Origin: Bacteroidales bacterium
Lineage (GTDB): Bacteria; Bacteroidota; Bacteroidia; Bacteroidales; GWA2-32-17
DNA: 64,000 nucleotides
Reading direction: 5' to 3'
Assembly (NCBI GenBank): GCA_026417155.1
Contig: JAOADU010000033.1
Span: 871 to 64,870 of the forward strand
Shown here: positions 28,304 through 37,824 of the stretch, one piece after another
Layout of the letters: the number at the start of each line of letters is the position of its first letter
Numbering within the stretch: position 1 is the stretch's first letter
Program-made: the position numbers and the translations under genes
Notes under the pieces: generated by a model
Told to the model about the DNA's origin: nothing
What the model saw: only the letters and a program-made list of their open reading frames with translations
The model's database searches: none

Positions 28304-28804
28304 TTATGGAGCTATACGTCGAAGTCCTGTTCGTTCAATGTTGCTTTTATTTAAGCTGCGATCGTACATATAAAACATACATTCGCAACTATCAAAAGCT
28401 AATGGGACATTAAAATCAAGATTAACTTTTAAAGTACATTGTAAAACTTTATTAATCCCTTGGGGTTCAATATACTTAGTCCTAAAATAAAATGGTGTAG
28501 TCAATTGAATGGGAACTAATTGTCCATTTACCCTTTTATATAAATCAATAAACAAATTATAATAATATGCCGAACCTCGATTGTATGGGGGGAACGTGTC
28601 ATCATCTTTCAATCCAATATCACCGTTCCCATCAACAAGCGAAAAAATCAATGTTGCACGTCTTATAGGATTACCAAGCAAATCAACTGTATCTTTTATA
28701 GGTAAATCTATAAACTTAATTTCCGGAACTTTGGAAACTTTTTCTGGTTTTTTACATTGAACTAAGATAAGTAGTAAAACAACAATGTAAATATAATGCC
28801 GCAT
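28304..28804 (-). CDS. Hypothetical lipoprotein
   Basis: Lipobox-like LILVQC at aa 12-17. 1-nt gap to comEC. No recognisable domain. Confidence 0.55.
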   Translation of the reverse strand: MRHYIYIVVLLLILVQCKKPEKVSKVPEIKFIDLPIKDTVDLLGNPIRRATLIFSLVDGNGDIGLKDDDTFPPYNRGSAYYYNLFIDLYKRVNGQLVPIQLTTPFYFRTKYIEPQGINKVLQCTLKVNLDFNVPLAFDSCECMFYMYDRSLNKSNIERTGLRRIAP

Positions 28805-28973
28805 TAAATTTAGCTTTATGCAAATTTACAATAAAAATTCCATTTGCGAGCAGATTATTTTCGAAATAAACACTTATACACCAATATGTACCCTCTACTA
28901 TAACGTACTTTTAACCCCCTTATAATTCTTGCGTTAATTTATTCTAAAAAATTGTTTGTTTCGTGGCTTTATA

Positions 28974-28981
28974 TACCTTTG
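28974..28981 (+). promoter_or_regulatory. -7 promoter box TACCTTTG
   Basis: Matches TAnnTTTG, 21 nt upstream of ATG 29003. Confidence 0.45.
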
Positions 28982-29002
28982 TAGTGTCAAATAGCGGTTT
29001 GT

Positions 29003-29860
29003 ATGAAAGCAATTATATTTGTTTATGGGTGTCTGATATGTACTATTTTCCTTTCGTGCTCAAACCGAGATTTTATCACCGATGATAGTGGATTAATGTA
29101 TAAATTCGTTGTAGAAAACAAAAACGAACGCCAACCACAACCGGGCGAAATAATGGAAGTTGCAATGTACTATACCAATGAAAAAGATAGTATTTTGTAC
29201 GATACTCGAGAATTTGGTAAAACCTTCAGAATGAAAGTAAAAAACCCAACACTTAACGGAGGAACTATTGACGACGGTATATTACTTATGCACAAAGGCG
29301 ATAGTGCTATTTTTAAAGTTGATGCTATAAGATTTTTTACAGAAACCAAACAAGAAGAAGTTCCATCCTTCATAAAACCGGGCGAAAAATTAACTTTTTA
29401 TATAAAAATCTACAACATATACACTGTGCAGGAATATATGGAAATGAAAAGAAAACAATCGTTCCAAAATGAAGAAGAAGAAATGCAAGCATTACAATCA
29501 TATTTAAAACTTGCAAACATAACTATCAAACCACTACCATCGGGCTTATATTATATCGAAAAAGTTAAAGGTAAAGGCAAAGCTCCATCAGAAAATTCAT
29601 GGGTAAGCATACACTATCTAGGTACTTTTATTAACGGCGAGCCTTTCGACAATACATACGAACGAAATCAGCCGTTTGAGTTTCAGATAGGACAAAATCA
29701 GGTAATTCCCGGACTCGAAGAAGGTATTAAGCTGATGAAAGAAGGTGGCGAAGCTATTTTAATAATTCCATCAAAATTGGCATATGGCGATCAACAATAT
29801 AAAATGATACCACCGTTTTCAACTTTAATATTTGAAGTACAATTAATAAAAGTTAAATAA
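29003..29860 (+). CDS. FKBP-type peptidyl-prolyl isomerase lipoprotein (N-terminal domain plus one FKBP domain)
   Basis: Lipobox FLSC; C-terminal FKBP domain (VSIHYLGTFINGEPFDNT...VIPGLEEGIKLMKEGG...AYG). Confidence 0.88.
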   Translation: MKAIIFVYGCLICTIFLSCSNRDFITDDSGLMYKFVVENKNERQPQPGEIMEVAMYYTNEKDSILYDTREFGKTFRMKVKNPTLNGGTIDDGILLMHKGDSAIFKVDAIRFFTETKQEEVPSFIKPGEKLTFYIKIYNIYTVQEYMEMKRKQSFQNEEEEMQALQSYLKLANITIKPLPSGLYYIEKVKGKGKAPSENSWVSIHYLGTFINGEPFDNTYERNQPFEFQIGQNQVIPGLEEGIKLMKEGGEAILIIPSKLAYGDQQYKMIPPFSTLIFEVQLIKVK

Positions 29861-29861
29861 C

Positions 29862-31037
29862 ATGAAACACATTTTTTTTACTGTAGTTTATTTGCTAATT
29901 GTTAATATTCAAATGTATAGTCAAATGGATAAATTGCAACAAACACCATCAGGATTGATGTATTCGATCTTAAAAAAAGGCAACGGAAATAAGCCCGAAC
30001 CAGGCGACAAAGTCTTTGTTCATTATGTAGGAAAACTCATGAACGATACCGTTTTTGACAGTTCCTATAAAAGAGGCGAACCTTTTGCATTCAATTTAGG
30101 CGAAGGCAGAGTTATTAAAGGTTGGGACGAAGGTATTGCCCTGCTCAATGAAGGCGATTCGGCTTTATTGATTATCCCCCCCGACTTAGCTTACGGCAAC
30201 AGAGCAATTGGTAATATCCCAGCAAATTCAACTCTCAAATTCATAGTAACGCTTGAAAAAATAGAAAAAGCCCCAAAAATAGAACCTTACGATATTAAAA
30301 ATAAAGAAATCGAAACATTAGAAAGTGGACTTAAAATTATTAGGGTAAACAAACCCAATAAAAATGCCGAGAAACCTTCGTCAGGCGACATCGTAGAAGT
30401 CCATTATACAGGCTATTTCGAAGATGGCAAAATATTTGATTCGTCTGTTCGTCGAGGACAACCCATTAGTTTTACTTTAGGCAAAGGTCAGGTTATAAAA
30501 GGCTGGGACGAAGGTATTAGCAAGCTTGCTGTTGGCGAAAAAGCTCGTTTAATTATTCCGTATAACTTAGCTTATGGCGAAAATGGTCGTCCACCGGTTA
30601 TACCGCCTAAAGCAGATTTAACGTTCGATGTTGAACTCATTAATATACATAAGCAAGTTACTCCTACACCATTCGACACAAAAGGAAAAGACACTATTAA
30701 AACAGCTAGTGGTTTACAATATATTATTGTGCAAAAAGCAAAAAATAATGCTCCCAAAGCAGAACCCGGAAAAATGGTAAAAGTACATTATACTGGTTAC
30801 TTTAAAGATGGAAAAATATTTGATTCTTCTGTACAACGTGGTCAGCCATTTTCGTTTAAATTGGGTTCGGGCATGGTAATCAAAGGTTGGGACGAGGGTG
30901 TTGCTTTAATGAAAGTGGGCGAAAAATTTCGTTTTATTGTTCCTTATCAGCTTGCATACGGCGAAAATGGTTATCCGGGGGCAATCCCACCAAAAACCGA
31001 TTTAATTTTCGACGTTGAACTGCTCGAAGTTAATTAA
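29862..31037 (+). CDS. Secreted protein with three tandem FKBP PPIase domains
   Basis: Three copies of V(H/E)VHY.G...DG..FDSS..RG.P..F.LG.G.VIKGWDEG...AYG at aa 27-133, 153-263 and 283-391. Confidence 0.9.
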   Translation: MKHIFFTVVYLLIVNIQMYSQMDKLQQTPSGLMYSILKKGNGNKPEPGDKVFVHYVGKLMNDTVFDSSYKRGEPFAFNLGEGRVIKGWDEGIALLNEGDSALLIIPPDLAYGNRAIGNIPANSTLKFIVTLEKIEKAPKIEPYDIKNKEIETLESGLKIIRVNKPNKNAEKPSSGDIVEVHYTGYFEDGKIFDSSVRRGQPISFTLGKGQVIKGWDEGISKLAVGEKARLIIPYNLAYGENGRPPVIPPKADLTFDVELINIHKQVTPTPFDTKGKDTIKTASGLQYIIVQKAKNNAPKAEPGKMVKVHYTGYFKDGKIFDSSVQRGQPFSFKLGSGMVIKGWDEGVALMKVGEKFRFIVPYQLAYGENGYPGAIPPKTDLIFDVELLEVN

Positions 31038-33172
31038 AACCGAACACCCATTACACAAACATCGTCAATTTGCTCGTAGCCATTTTTCCATTGTTCGAAA
31101 AATAAATCTAGTTCTTTTTCTTGTTCGGATAATGGTTTTGTGTAATTATTTAACAGTATTTGTTTAAATGCTTTGTATTTTAATTTCTTGCCTTGTTGCC
31201 CACCAAACTGATCGGCATAACCATCGGAGAAAATGTAAATAGTATCATGTTCTTTTAAAGTTATTTCGTGCATGACAAAATCCATTTGTTTAACAAATTC
31301 GCCAATAGGTTGTGGTGTGGCTTTAATTTCATAAAGAATAAGGTCGTTATATTCAATATAATTGTCATTATTTTCTAATAAACCCATCGATTTTTTTCGC
31401 ACCAAATACAGTGGATTATTGGCTCCGGCAAAACGAAGAATTTTATTTTCTTTATCGTATGAGCACAACGCTATGTCCATCCCGTCACGAATTTCCTTCT
31501 CTGCGGTATGTAAAGCATTTTTAACAGTATCGTTTAACAAATCGAGTATTAAACCGGGATTGTTTTTTGTAAAGTCGTTGACTACCTGATTCAATCCATT
31601 ATAGCCCACAATACTCATAAATGCTCCGGGCACACCATGACCAGTGCAATCTACAACGGCAAAAAGAATCATTTTATCTAATGCTTTAAACCAATAAAAA
31701 TCGCCCGAAACTATGTCTTTTGGTTTATACAATACAAAAGAATCTGAAAGATAATTGTCTAACAAAGCTTTTGAAGGTAAAATAGCCTTCTGAATGCGTT
31801 GAGCGTAAGTTATACTAGATAGTATATCCTTGTTTTTTTCTTCGATAATATTTTTTTGCTTGGTGATTTCTTCGTTTTGAGCTGCTAATAGTTCATTTGC
31901 ACGTTTTCGTTGACGGTTGCTTCGCAAAACAACAACCACTAAACTTATAGTTAGAATAATTACAATTATAGCGCCATATAAGTATGTAGTTTGTTGTTTT
32001 ATTTTTAGCTCATTCTCTTTAAGCTTACTATTTGCCAATTGAATTTGTTGTTCGCGTTTTTCGGCTTGATATTGTTCTTGTAACTGATTTATATATCGAG
32101 TATTTTCAATTTTATAAATAGAATCTCTAAATCGGATATACCACGTATAATGAAAATACGCATCTTTGTAATTACCTAGATTATCGTAAATTTCAGAAAG
32201 AATTTTATTGCTTTGAATTTGTCCTTCCGAATTAACAAGTTCATTTGCAATATTATTAGCTTTTATGGCAAAACTTATAGCCTTTTGATATTGTTTTCTG
32301 TTTTGATATAGTACGGCAAGTGAATTATAGATGCTTATAAGCCCTGCTTTGTCATTTAGTTTTTCTTTTAGTTTTAATGCTTTTAAATAATATTTCTCGG
32401 CATTTATAGAATCTTGTTTTTTACTTAATACGTTAGCTATATTCAAATATACCGATGATATGCCTTGCTGATTGGATTTTTTTTCCAGTAATTGTAACGA
32501 TTGATTGTAAAAATACAACGCCGAATCGTACATGGCCTTTTTAAAATATAGCATTCCGAGGTTATTGTTTACGGTAGCCATGCCTATTTCGCTATTCATT
32601 TCCTGTACGAGTGACAGCGATTGATAGAAATATTTTAATGCCATGGGATAATTCTCAGTATGATAGTACATTAACCCTAAACTATTCAAACTGGAGGCTA
32701 TACCTTTTTTATCTTTAAGTTTTTCGCGTAATTTCATACTTTCAAGATAATAAGTAATAGCCTTTTCGTAGTTCGACATTTTTTCGCTTATTCGCCCAAG
32801 GTTATTCTTCAAATTGGCTATTAATCGCAAACTATCCCATTTCAAGTAAACATCTAATGCTTGCTGATAGTAATTTTTAGCATTTGAAAATTCGCCCCAC
32901 TGTTCATTTTTTTCAGCTAATAATATCGAAAAACGTGCAATAAAAGATTCATTCTTTTGAAACTGACTTAATGTTAACGCATCTTTGGCTGTTTTTTCGT
33001 ACAACTCGGGATTTGATTCTAAAGAAGGCAATAATTTTAAATATGCACTTAATGAGAGCGTATCGTACCGATGCTTTTTTATTATTTGCATTAAGCTGTC
33101 GGTGCTAACAGCCAATGTAGATAATGAAACTGTACAGTACAGCGTAAATATGAAGAAAGCTAATTTTTTCAT
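31034..33172 (-). CDS. TPR-repeat membrane sensor SpoIIE/PP2C phosphatase
   Basis: Signal peptide; about 8 TPR units; TM helix LYGAIIVIILTISLVVVVL; SpoIIE domain (DCTGHGVPGAFMS, SDGYADQFGG, IDDVCVMGV). Confidence 0.88.
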   Translation of the reverse strand: MKKLAFFIFTLYCTVSLSTLAVSTDSLMQIIKKHRYDTLSLSAYLKLLPSLESNPELYEKTAKDALTLSQFQKNESFIARFSILLAEKNEQWGEFSNAKNYYQQALDVYLKWDSLRLIANLKNNLGRISEKMSNYEKAITYYLESMKLREKLKDKKGIASSLNSLGLMYYHTENYPMALKYFYQSLSLVQEMNSEIGMATVNNNLGMLYFKKAMYDSALYFYNQSLQLLEKKSNQQGISSVYLNIANVLSKKQDSINAEKYYLKALKLKEKLNDKAGLISIYNSLAVLYQNRKQYQKAISFAIKANNIANELVNSEGQIQSNKILSEIYDNLGNYKDAYFHYTWYIRFRDSIYKIENTRYINQLQEQYQAEKREQQIQLANSKLKENELKIKQQTTYLYGAIIVIILTISLVVVVLRSNRQRKRANELLAAQNEEITKQKNIIEEKNKDILSSITYAQRIQKAILPSKALLDNYLSDSFVLYKPKDIVSGDFYWFKALDKMILFAVVDCTGHGVPGAFMSIVGYNGLNQVVNDFTKNNPGLILDLLNDTVKNALHTAEKEIRDGMDIALCSYDKENKILRFAGANNPLYLVRKKSMGLLENNDNYIEYNDLILYEIKATPQPIGEFVKQMDFVMHEITLKEHDTIYIFSDGYADQFGGQQGKKLKYKAFKQILLNNYTKPLSEQEKELDLFFEQWKNGYEQIDDVCVMGVRF

Positions 33173-33241
33173 TGTCTTTCAAAAATACAACAGACATGGC
33201 AAAATAAATAAAATCAATATGACGAATTTATTAACAAAGTG

Positions 33242-33670
33242 TTACAAAGTTTCAACACATTTTCTCACACTAAAATGAATTTTTTTCTTAATTCTTTCAT
33301 TATACAAAAATAATATTAAAAAATATGGCACCAAAGAACAAAGACCCAATATTCCTGCAAGTAGTTCATTTTGAAAATATTGTTGAGCTAAAACAATTAC
33401 CACAACCAGCACAATCAATGGTAATACATAACTTAAAATTACTGCATAACTACCCGTTTGAATGGGCATTCGTACGATTACCTTTGTTCCTACAGGAAAA
33501 TCGCTAGCTTTTACATCAACTTCTACCTCTTTTTCTTTAATTTCACTCATAGTACAAGCAACTTTGCTATGGCATTGTGCACATGCCGATACGGATGTTA
33601 TGCCGACAAGAATTTTATTATCTCCTAGCCATGCTTTTACAATTCCCGGATGTTCGATATATTTACTCAT
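33242..33670 (-). CDS. RseC/MucC-family (SoxR-reducing system) membrane protein
   Basis: N-terminal Cys cluster SACAQCHSKVAC followed by two TM helices; same layout as E. coli RseC. No rnf genes adjacent. Confidence 0.75.
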   Translation of the reverse strand: MSKYIEHPGIVKAWLGDNKILVGITSVSACAQCHSKVACTMSEIKEKEVEVDVKASDFPVGTKVIVRMPIQTGSYAVILSYVLPLIVLVVVIVLAQQYFQNELLAGILGLCSLVPYFLILFLYNERIKKKIHFSVRKCVETL

Positions 33671-34530
33671 TTGAAATCATCAACTAGTTTCTTATTTAAA
33701 AATTGTATTATTTCCATCGAGAGGTTTCTATAATAACGCCGTTCTTTAAACCCTAATACACTTTGACAACCCAATATAGCATTTGTCAACAGTATTTCTT
33801 GGGCTGATAACAATAATTCGGCAGTTATGTTTTTTTGTTGTATTGAAACATTTAATTCGCTTGGTAAAAATTGCAATAAAAATTTTCGCATTACACCATC
33901 TACTGGACCATCGGATAATGGAGGTGTGTATAGTACATTATTTATCAATACAAATAAATTTGACGATGTTGCCTCAACAATATTATTTGATGAGTTAGTA
34001 AGCAATGCGTCGTGATAGCCATGTAATTTAGCCCATTGAGACGCCAGAATATAAAAAGTTGCATGATTATTCTTAATTGAATATACTTGCGAAATAGGCT
34101 TCTGTTGCTCATGAAAAATATCAACAAGCAGACCCTTAGTTGCTACAAAATTTGTTTCTTCAAGCGGAATCGTTTCTATGTACCAATCGGGATCATTACT
34201 ATCGGAAGCATACATACCCTGCCCTGATCGATAAATCGTAAGCCTTACTCGACAACTGCCAAATGTTTTGTTCGATTTAATCAAACGTTGAATATCATTC
34301 AATAACTCGTCTTTATTAGGAAAATTATTCTTATTAATTTTTAATATATTGAAAGCATTTTGAATTCGTTGATAATGAAATTCATAGAGAGGAACATAAA
34401 TAGCAAACGATCGCATTGTCTCGAAAAAACCATCGGCAAAACGAACATGACGATGATATAACGGAAACGAAATTTCGGTATGTCGTTTTAATTTACCATT
34501 GTGTATAATAAAAGTGCAAATTTTACTCAT
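33667..34530 (-). CDS. Class IV aminotransferase-fold protein (aminodeoxychorismate lyase-like)
   Basis: 287 aa. Fold-type IV pattern (FADGFFETMR..., NLF.V.NN.LYTPP...G..GV.R). 4-nt and 8-nt overlaps with its neighbours. Confidence 0.7.
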   Translation of the reverse strand: MSKICTFIIHNGKLKRHTEISFPLYHRHVRFADGFFETMRSFAIYVPLYEFHYQRIQNAFNILKINKNNFPNKDELLNDIQRLIKSNKTFGSCRVRLTIYRSGQGMYASDSNDPDWYIETIPLEETNFVATKGLLVDIFHEQQKPISQVYSIKNNHATFYILASQWAKLHGYHDALLTNSSNNIVEATSSNLFVLINNVLYTPPLSDGPVDGVMRKFLLQFLPSELNVSIQQKNITAELLLSAQEILLTNAILGCQSVLGFKERRYYRNLSMEIIQFLNKKLVDDFK

Positions 34531-35014
34531 AAATAATTTTGTTTACCGCAGAAAGTAACAAATTCGAATTGGGCTCTACTAATATTCCTCGTATTCCGCA
34601 TAACTTTGCAGCTTCAATATCTCGCATCTGGTCTCCAATCATCCAGGAATGTTGCACATCAATATTGAATCTGGCTATAGCCTTTTCGAAAAGCAATGAC
34701 TGAGGCTTACGACATAAACAATTTGTTGTTTCGGGATGATGTACACAGTAATAATATTCTAATATACTTATTCCATGATCGAATAAATATTCACTTAATC
34801 TATTATGCAACACTTCTACATCCCATATCGAATAAATGTTCTTAAATACTCCACTCTGGTTGCTTATTATTATAAACTCATAGCCATGTTGCGCAAGTTT
34901 TTTTAATCCCTCTATTACACCCTCATTAAATCTAAATTTCTCCCATTGATAAATATAATAATCTTCGTTATTATTAATAACGCCATCCCTATCAAAAAAA
35001 ACTACTTTACGCAT
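34523..35014 (-). CDS. gmhB: HAD-IIIA phosphatase, GmhB-like (D,D-heptose 1,7-bisphosphate phosphatase family)
   Basis: FFDRDGVIN motif I, ISNQSG motif II, CLCRKPQ zinc-site motif, GDQMRDI motif IV. Confidence 0.75.
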   Translation of the reverse strand: MRKVVFFDRDGVINNNEDYYIYQWEKFRFNEGVIEGLKKLAQHGYEFIIISNQSGVFKNIYSIWDVEVLHNRLSEYLFDHGISILEYYYCVHHPETTNCLCRKPQSLLFEKAIARFNIDVQHSWMIGDQMRDIEAAKLCGIRGILVEPNSNLLLSAVNKIIYE

Positions 35015-35628
35015 TATTGAGCTTTTATTAACTCAACAAATATAGTCAACAATTCTGGTTTAATAAATAAAGGTAAAACAAAGCCTATTACCGATCCCCA
35101 AAAATGTACATCATGAGCTATTCTGTCAACATTCTTCTTTGCCATATAGGCAGAATAAATCAAATAAAGCGGACCGAAGATATATGCAGGAATTCCTATG
35201 GGAATAAACATGATGTAAATTTTATTAGTTGGATCGAACAATATGGAAGTGAATAAAATAGAAGCTACTGCTCCCGATGCTCCTACAGCTACATACGATG
35301 TATTGTTTCTGTGTTTAACATAAGTTGGTATTGAAGCTAAAATGCCAGCAAAAATAAATTCGATAACATAAAACATTTTACCCCATTTCCCAAAATAATA
35401 ACCGTAACTATCTTCGACATGCATTCCAAAAAAATATAAGGTAAGCATATTAAAAATAAGATGCTCCCATGAAGCATGAATAAAAATGTGAGTTACAAAA
35501 CGATAATATTGCTTAAAGCGAAATATATCGTACGGACTAAACCAACCTTTAATGTAAAAATCCCTATTGTTGAATGCCAATATACTCGACAAAACAATAG
35601 AAACAATAATTAATACCGTAAACATCAA
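35014..35628 (-). CDS. Rhomboid-family intramembrane serine protease
   Basis: Six TM helices, catalytic GASGAV, downstream His (HDVHFWGSVIG), and HASWEHLIFNM in TM2. Confidence 0.85.
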   Translation of the reverse strand: MMFTVLIIVSIVLSSILAFNNRDFYIKGWFSPYDIFRFKQYYRFVTHIFIHASWEHLIFNMLTLYFFGMHVEDSYGYYFGKWGKMFYVIEFIFAGILASIPTYVKHRNNTSYVAVGASGAVASILFTSILFDPTNKIYIMFIPIGIPAYIFGPLYLIYSAYMAKKNVDRIAHDVHFWGSVIGFVLPLFIKPELLTIFVELIKAQ

Positions 35629-37364
35629 TAAACTACAACTTTTGTTGTTTTATTTCCTTTAGGCGTAGAAACCGATAATAAGTATATACCTTTTGCTAAT
35701 GATAAAGGCACTTTAAATTCTTGATAGCCTTGCAACAATCTTCCTGAAAAGATGGTAGTAACTGGTTGCCCTAAATAAGTATATAACTGAATGGTTGCAT
35801 TCATCTCTGTAGTAGTAAATAAATCAATATTCAGTAGATTTTCGCTATAATATGGTTTTATGCTAAAATTATCATCATTCAATGCCATCACACCAGTAGG
35901 GTTATATACATAAAACTTCCAATATGCTGCAGGTGCAGGCAAGGGTCTTACCTGAACTTTGCCACTATTGGCTTTAGCCCAAATATAGTAATATAAAGTA
36001 GTATTATTAGATTGTACAGGAATGTATCCTGTCCATGTATGATTCGCTGTATTAGTTAACGTCATAGGCACATAGACATAAGGTTGAGTTGTATCGGTAC
36101 GATAGTATATTCTTGCTTCCTGAATTCCTGTTTTGTGCTTTATCATAGCATTCACCTGATAAGGTGTCCAAATGTTATCAGTATTGGGCAAAGGTTGATG
36201 GGATATTAACAGTGGATTAAAAGCAGCGATTTCGTGTGTAGTACAATGAATAGCGCCGCTTTGAGAAATAATACTATTTGCATTAATACCAACAATTCTA
36301 TATCCTGGCATTGCTTCGCGATATATGCGAAGTGCAGTTGTATCGTATTGTTCATAATATGTTGGTACCAAAACTGTTTTGTTGAGAATTAGCGAATTGG
36401 TATAAGTTCTGTAATAAGCACCCTGACTGGGCCATGTGCCGCTGGTGCTGGGAGGCATAGGAATACGAACTACCTTATAAGGTGTACCAAATACTGAATT
36501 AAAATTGCTTAATACATAATTGAGATTGGCTTCTATTTGCGGACCATCGGACACACCTTGAGGGTATTGCCCGACTAATAAGGTTTCCTCATTCAATAGC
36601 TTCATGTGCATATCTATATGATGAATCCCATCGTAGGGTAAATTATCCATCTTAATATATCGATGTATCCCCATGAAATTTTGCATTATCGTATTTATCT
36701 GTTGTTCGTTTTTGGGTGTTTGATTGTATTGTGTAACTGTTGCATTTTCTTCAAGGATCAATTTGCTGGAAAACCCTGTACCAAATCCATCGCTCATAAA
36801 GTTTCCTCCCGTAGCAACCAAATCGGTTGGAGGTTGTGTACATTGATACAATGGTACGTTAAGCAAATTCGCAATATATTGCGGCGAAGCATCATCTTGC
36901 GGACGAGGCCTATTATATACCCAATCGACAAATAATAGTGAATCAACATCATTTGTATAAACATTATTAGGTCCATAATCCCTTATCCATACACTGTTTA
37001 AATTTGCAATAATGAATCGAATATTGGAAGTTGGAATTCCATTTTGTGTTAGATTGTTTTTTACGGTATTCGAATCGGCACAATAAATATAAACTTTTGC
37101 TTCTTCGCGGGCATAGCGAATAATTTCTCTCAAGTACGACTCATAACCCGATTTCCACGATATCAATACACCTTGCATCTCTTCCCATTCGGCTGCAGTA
37201 CGAACAGGAGATGAGGGTGGATTGGTTATCCCTTTGGGAACTGGCAATACATACGTTGCTTCTGATTTAGCTTCTTCTTCGCTTAACCCTTTAGGCAGCA
37301 TCTCTTGAGAAAATAGCGTATTCCCTAAAAACAACATCATTAACAAAAAAGTATATTTTTTCAT
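35625..37364 (-). CDS. T9SS-secreted agmatine deiminase / Porphyromonas-type peptidylarginine deiminase family protein
   Basis: Signal peptide from MKKYTFLLMMLF (the track start at 37409 is a 15-codon extension). Guanidino-modifying fold with catalytic Cys motif GAIHCTTHE (Cys codon 36243-36245). Ig-like region, then CTD ...GIYLLSVSTPKGNKTTKVVVY. Confidence 0.8.
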   Translation of the reverse strand: MKKYTFLLMMLFLGNTLFSQEMLPKGLSEEEAKSEATYVLPVPKGITNPPSSPVRTAAEWEEMQGVLISWKSGYESYLREIIRYAREEAKVYIYCADSNTVKNNLTQNGIPTSNIRFIIANLNSVWIRDYGPNNVYTNDVDSLLFVDWVYNRPRPQDDASPQYIANLLNVPLYQCTQPPTDLVATGGNFMSDGFGTGFSSKLILEENATVTQYNQTPKNEQQINTIMQNFMGIHRYIKMDNLPYDGIHHIDMHMKLLNEETLLVGQYPQGVSDGPQIEANLNYVLSNFNSVFGTPYKVVRIPMPPSTSGTWPSQGAYYRTYTNSLILNKTVLVPTYYEQYDTTALRIYREAMPGYRIVGINANSIISQSGAIHCTTHEIAAFNPLLISHQPLPNTDNIWTPYQVNAMIKHKTGIQEARIYYRTDTTQPYVYVPMTLTNTANHTWTGYIPVQSNNTTLYYYIWAKANSGKVQVRPLPAPAAYWKFYVYNPTGVMALNDDNFSIKPYYSENLLNIDLFTTTEMNATIQLYTYLGQPVTTIFSGRLLQGYQEFKVPLSLAKGIYLLSVSTPKGNKTTKVVVY

Positions 37365-37398
37365 AACACAATTTTTAATTATGACTAAAATTTTACAT

Positions 37399-37824
37399 TT
37401 AGGTTGCATAACTATATAAGATTAATTTATTTTTTTTCAGATTAATAACGGCATCGTATTGCATAAAAAAATTTAAGCCTAATAAACCTAAGATTGGATA
37501 CTTTGAATTAATGACTTGAGACATTTTTGAGAAGCTTACCTGACAACACATTCCCAAAATTAATTTATACCTTCCTATTTTTACCTCATCCACTTTCAAA
37601 AAAGGGACATTAAAAAAATCATCTATACCAGCTACTTCCTTCGATTCATATATTATTTCATATTCAAAATTTGTCAGTTGATTATTGATAACTGTAATTT
37701 GAGCACCAGTATCCAAAATAAAATAACCTTTATTATTACCAATTTTTGAACGAACAGCCAATAAAGGTACTTTGTAATTGGTATAAATAGTTACTAATGA
37801 AACATGTAACTCCTGCACACACAT
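37399..37824 (-). CDS. Retropepsin-like (clan AA) aspartic protease, single domain
   Basis: 141 aa. FILDTGAQITVI (DTGA active site) and ILGLLGLNFFMQYDAVINL flap/dimer motif. The start ATG shares one nt with the malic enzyme TAA (TAATG). Confidence 0.75.
   Translation of the reverse strand: MCVQELHVSLVTIYTNYKVPLLAVRSKIGNNKGYFILDTGAQITVINNQLTNFEYEIIYESKEVAGIDDFFNVPFLKVDEVKIGRYKLILGMCCQVSFSKMSQVINSKYPILGLLGLNFFMQYDAVINLKKNKLILYSYAT

Noticed and set aside
26152-28804. ComEC plus the upstream lipoprotein as a competence island.
   Set aside because: It is a single conserved comEC with no comF, comEA, pilus or dprA genes nearby. comEC homologues are ubiquitous in Bacteroidota regardless of competence.
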